Origin: Amoeboradix gromovi X-113
Taxonomy: Eukaryota; Fungi; Sanchytriomycota
Length of the DNA: 9,428 nucleotides
Reading direction: 5' to 3'
NCBI GenBank assembly: GCA_018985225.1
Contig: JADGIF010000394.1
Span: 1 to 9,428, forward strand
The position numbers and the translations under genes were made by a program. This document shows positions 7,228-9,428 of this stretch, in pieces. Position 1 is the stretch's first letter, and each line of letters starts with the position of its first letter. The notes under the pieces are model-generated. The model did not search any database, was not told the DNA's origin, and was given only the letters and a program-made list of their open reading frames with translations.

Positions 7228-7758
7228 CAGTGTTAGGTAATATCGATATTCTTTACCAAGTGCACATTAGTTTCTTATTTCAAACACCAAGCCAGCCCTT
7301 TCCCTTACGGTTATAACTCAAATGATCACAGTAAATTCTTAATTTTTTCATTTAGTTTCTTTTCTTCTTGGCAGATTGCCATGCTGAAACCATTTTATTA
7401 ATTAAATGACGAGTTAAGATGAATTTTCTGGTGTTAAAGATGATTTAATTGCTGACTTGATGTGATACACACCATACAGTTTGGTACTTTTTAGATTCGT
7501 CTTATGTCATGCAATCTTGAATTCCCTTTATCTGATTAGAAGATGCAAAGTATATTACTGTGCTACCAAAATACAATGCAGAAGAATTAGCAATTTGAAT
7601 AAGCATGTTGTAGAAGCTGGTTTGGCCTGGAATTTGAATAGGCGACAACTATTATGGGAGAAACAGGTCTCGAAAGCGACTCTCGGTTTTGAATACCTTA
7701 TTGCGATCATATGCACCACAGAAAAATCACTTGATCGATAAAGGAGCTCCCTTGCAAC

Positions 7759-9428
7759 ATGAGTGAAGTAACAGAACGCGAGGTTACAGTAAATCACAGC
7801 AATCTTGTTTACAAGATTCTTTCTAGGTATTCGTCTGATTACTTTGTTTGGAGAGAGATGCTGCAAAACACTAATGACTGCGAAGGTAAAAATGTTAAAT
7901 TAAATTTTACCGAAAACGGCAAGGGTCAGAAGACAGTAACATACGAACACGACGGAAAGCCATTCAGTGATGATGACTGGGTTAAATTGACCACTATCGG
8001 TCTAGGAAATACTGATATCAACAAGATCGGGTTTTTTGGAGTTGGATTTTATAGCGTCTTCTCCATAACTAACAATCCGGTAGTGGAGTCGAATGGTGTC
8101 AAAGTTGAATTCAAGTGGAAATGTCAGGTCAGCAGCTGTGATTGTACTAAAAGCTCTGACGGTAATGGTTTTAAGATATGCGAAAAGATGAAGCTGTTTG
8201 CTGTGAGGTCAAATAATTCTGCTGTCAAAAAGACTCGCTTTACTTTTGAAGTATCTGAATCCCCAGGCTTCGAATCAGAATTGTTTAGACCATTCTTAAC
8301 GAAAAGTCTTTTGTTCAGCACCAACCTCCAGTCCATTGAGGTTTCCAAAAACAATGTGATTGAAATTCACTTGATGAAGACAGTCGAGAAGAAATTTGAC
8401 GGTATAGAGCATGATATCTGCAGCAGGACTGATGAGGTGCCCATATTTACTATGATGCCAACTGTATCTGTTACGGAATCAATTATTGAAGATAAAATCA
8501 GCGAGAGACATGCTACTGATGAAGATCAAACCAATTTTAAACTGAAATATAAAGTGATAAATCTTGGATTAAATCTTGGATTGGAAGCTGAGAAGAGAGT
8601 GGACCTGATAGATAAGTTTAAAAAGTGTACAACAAAAGCACCTCCAACAAAGACGTCTATCAGTGTTGCATATTGCGATGTCCCAGATCCATCATGCGGA
8701 TCATCTGTGTTTGAAAAAGGATTGATATTCATTGGGTTTCCTACTACACAGTATACAGGCAACAAGTGTCATATATATGGACATTTCATCCCAACAGTGG
8801 AGAGGGAACGTTTGGATCTCCAAGAAGAGCACTTGCGAGAATGGAATAAGCAGCTTCTGGATGTAGGTGGTCTGCTATCAAGATGGGCATATGAGCGGGA
8901 ATTGAAGACACTGCTTGAAAAGCACCCCGAAATAATAAAAGGCCATCCTACATACAACGAATGCAAAGCAGAGAAGTACAAGAAGATCTCGCATGAATAT
9001 TCTCACTTGTTAAACCAATTTGTTACCTCATCGGATGTCTCTGACGCGGCCTCAAAATCATTGTCAAAGGCATTCTGTTATGACTATCAGGAGCTGAATA
9101 TTTTAACCACTCGTGGTAAGTGCAAAGTGAAGGATTCCTACTTCTTATTTCCTAACTCACCTTATCCAGAATTCAAGTCCACTCACCATGGATTACTGGA
9201 ATTAATTGCTAGTAAGCCAATATCGCTGCCGTATGTGAATGAGAACTGCGCCAAATTCCTCTCCAATTTAAAAGGAATCGAAGAGGTGAAGTCTTTTTAT
9301 GAACTTGCGGATATCTTTGAACAGCTAAAAGAGATCGATTTCGATGAATTCGATAACAGCAAGGACAAAACAAACTGTAAATGGGATTGCTTCATCAAGT
9401 GGTTTACTTTTAGAGCAGACGATTCTAA
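7759..9428 (+). CDS. Sacsin/Nov-type GHKL (HATPase_c) domain protein, fungal DUF3684-like; 3'-truncated by the window edge
   Basis: Frame +1 is open from ATG 7759 to the window end (absent from the ORF track). MSEVTEREVTVNHSNLVYKILSRY, then Bergerat motifs WREMLQNTND, HDGKPFSDDDW and KIGFFGVGFYSVFS, then GLIFIGFPTTQYTG...FIPTVERERLDL...WN, typical of this fungal family. Confidence 0.9.
   Translation, partial: MSEVTEREVTVNHSNLVYKILSRYSSDYFVWREMLQNTNDCEGKNVKLNFTENGKGQKTVTYEHDGKPFSDDDWVKLTTIGLGNTDINKIGFFGVGFYSVFSITNNPVVESNGVKVEFKWKCQVSSCDCTKSSDGNGFKICEKMKLFAVRSNNSAVKKTRFTFEVSESPGFESELFRPFLTKSLLFSTNLQSIEVSKNNVIEIHLMKTVEKKFDGIEHDICSRTDEVPIFTMMPTVSVTESIIEDKISERHATDEDQTNFKLKYKVINLGLNLGLEAEKRVDLIDKFKKCTTKAPPTKTSISVAYCDVPDPSCGSSVFEKGLIFIGFPTTQYTGNKCHIYGHFIPTVERERLDLQEEHLREWNKQLLDVGGLLSRWAYERELKTLLEKHPEIIKGHPTYNECKAEKYKKISHEYSHLLNQFVTSSDVSDAASKSLSKAFCYDYQELNILTTRGKCKVKDSYFLFPNSPYPEFKSTHHGLLELIASKPISLPYVNENCAKFLSNLKGIEEVKSFYELADIFEQLKEIDFDEFDNSKDKTNCKWDCFIKWFTFRADDS
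8558..8581 (+). repeat. In-frame 12-bp tandem duplication (TAAATCTTGGAT x2, encoding NLGL-NLGL)
   Basis: Direct reading of the sequence. Confidence 0.8.

Noticed and set aside
7228-7247. Target of either putative guide within this window
   Set aside because: I found no convincing match by eye. A computational search is needed.
7239-7250. 12-bp palindrome AATATCGATATT
   Set aside because: A single AT-rich palindrome with no counterpart at copy 1, so no function is supportable.
6721-7253. 11-bp direct repeat TCGATATTCTT at 6721-6731 and 7243-7253 as a target-site duplication
   Set aside because: It does not abut the inferred right end (7227), and no equivalent flanks copy 1. Likely chance.
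7555-8981. Minus-strand ORFs 7555-7866, 8124-8354, 8526-8765 and 8769-8981
   Set aside because: Antisense to, or overlapping, the well-supported GHKL/DUF3684-like gene.

Overview
Gene-dense, AT-rich eukaryotic DNA. The host is inferred to be a compact-genome organism, possibly an early-diverging fungus. Host genes: an intronless, probably secreted orphan ORF (673-1890, +); a shortened Prp45/SNW1 (SKIP) splicing factor (-); a Munc13-homology/DUF810 (PATROL1-like) gene on the minus strand, whose two ORFs join in frame across a candidate 20-nt GT-AG micro-intron; and a sacsin/Nov-type GHKL ATPase (fungal DUF3684-like) gene starting at 7759 that runs off the window and is missing from the ORF track. 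The main unannotated signal is two homologous, decayed TnpB/Fanzor2-like remnants in intergenic spacers (~1940-2288 and ~6814-7227, both +). Each has a broken RuvC/zinc-ribbon C-terminus followed by a better-conserved, hairpin-rich non-coding tail. That tail ends at the same AAGCT boundary in both copies and is followed by unrelated flanks, as expected for an omega-RNA scaffold with a variable guide. A much weaker third copy may lie at ~7500-7680. All family assignments come from motif recognition by eye, not from database searches.
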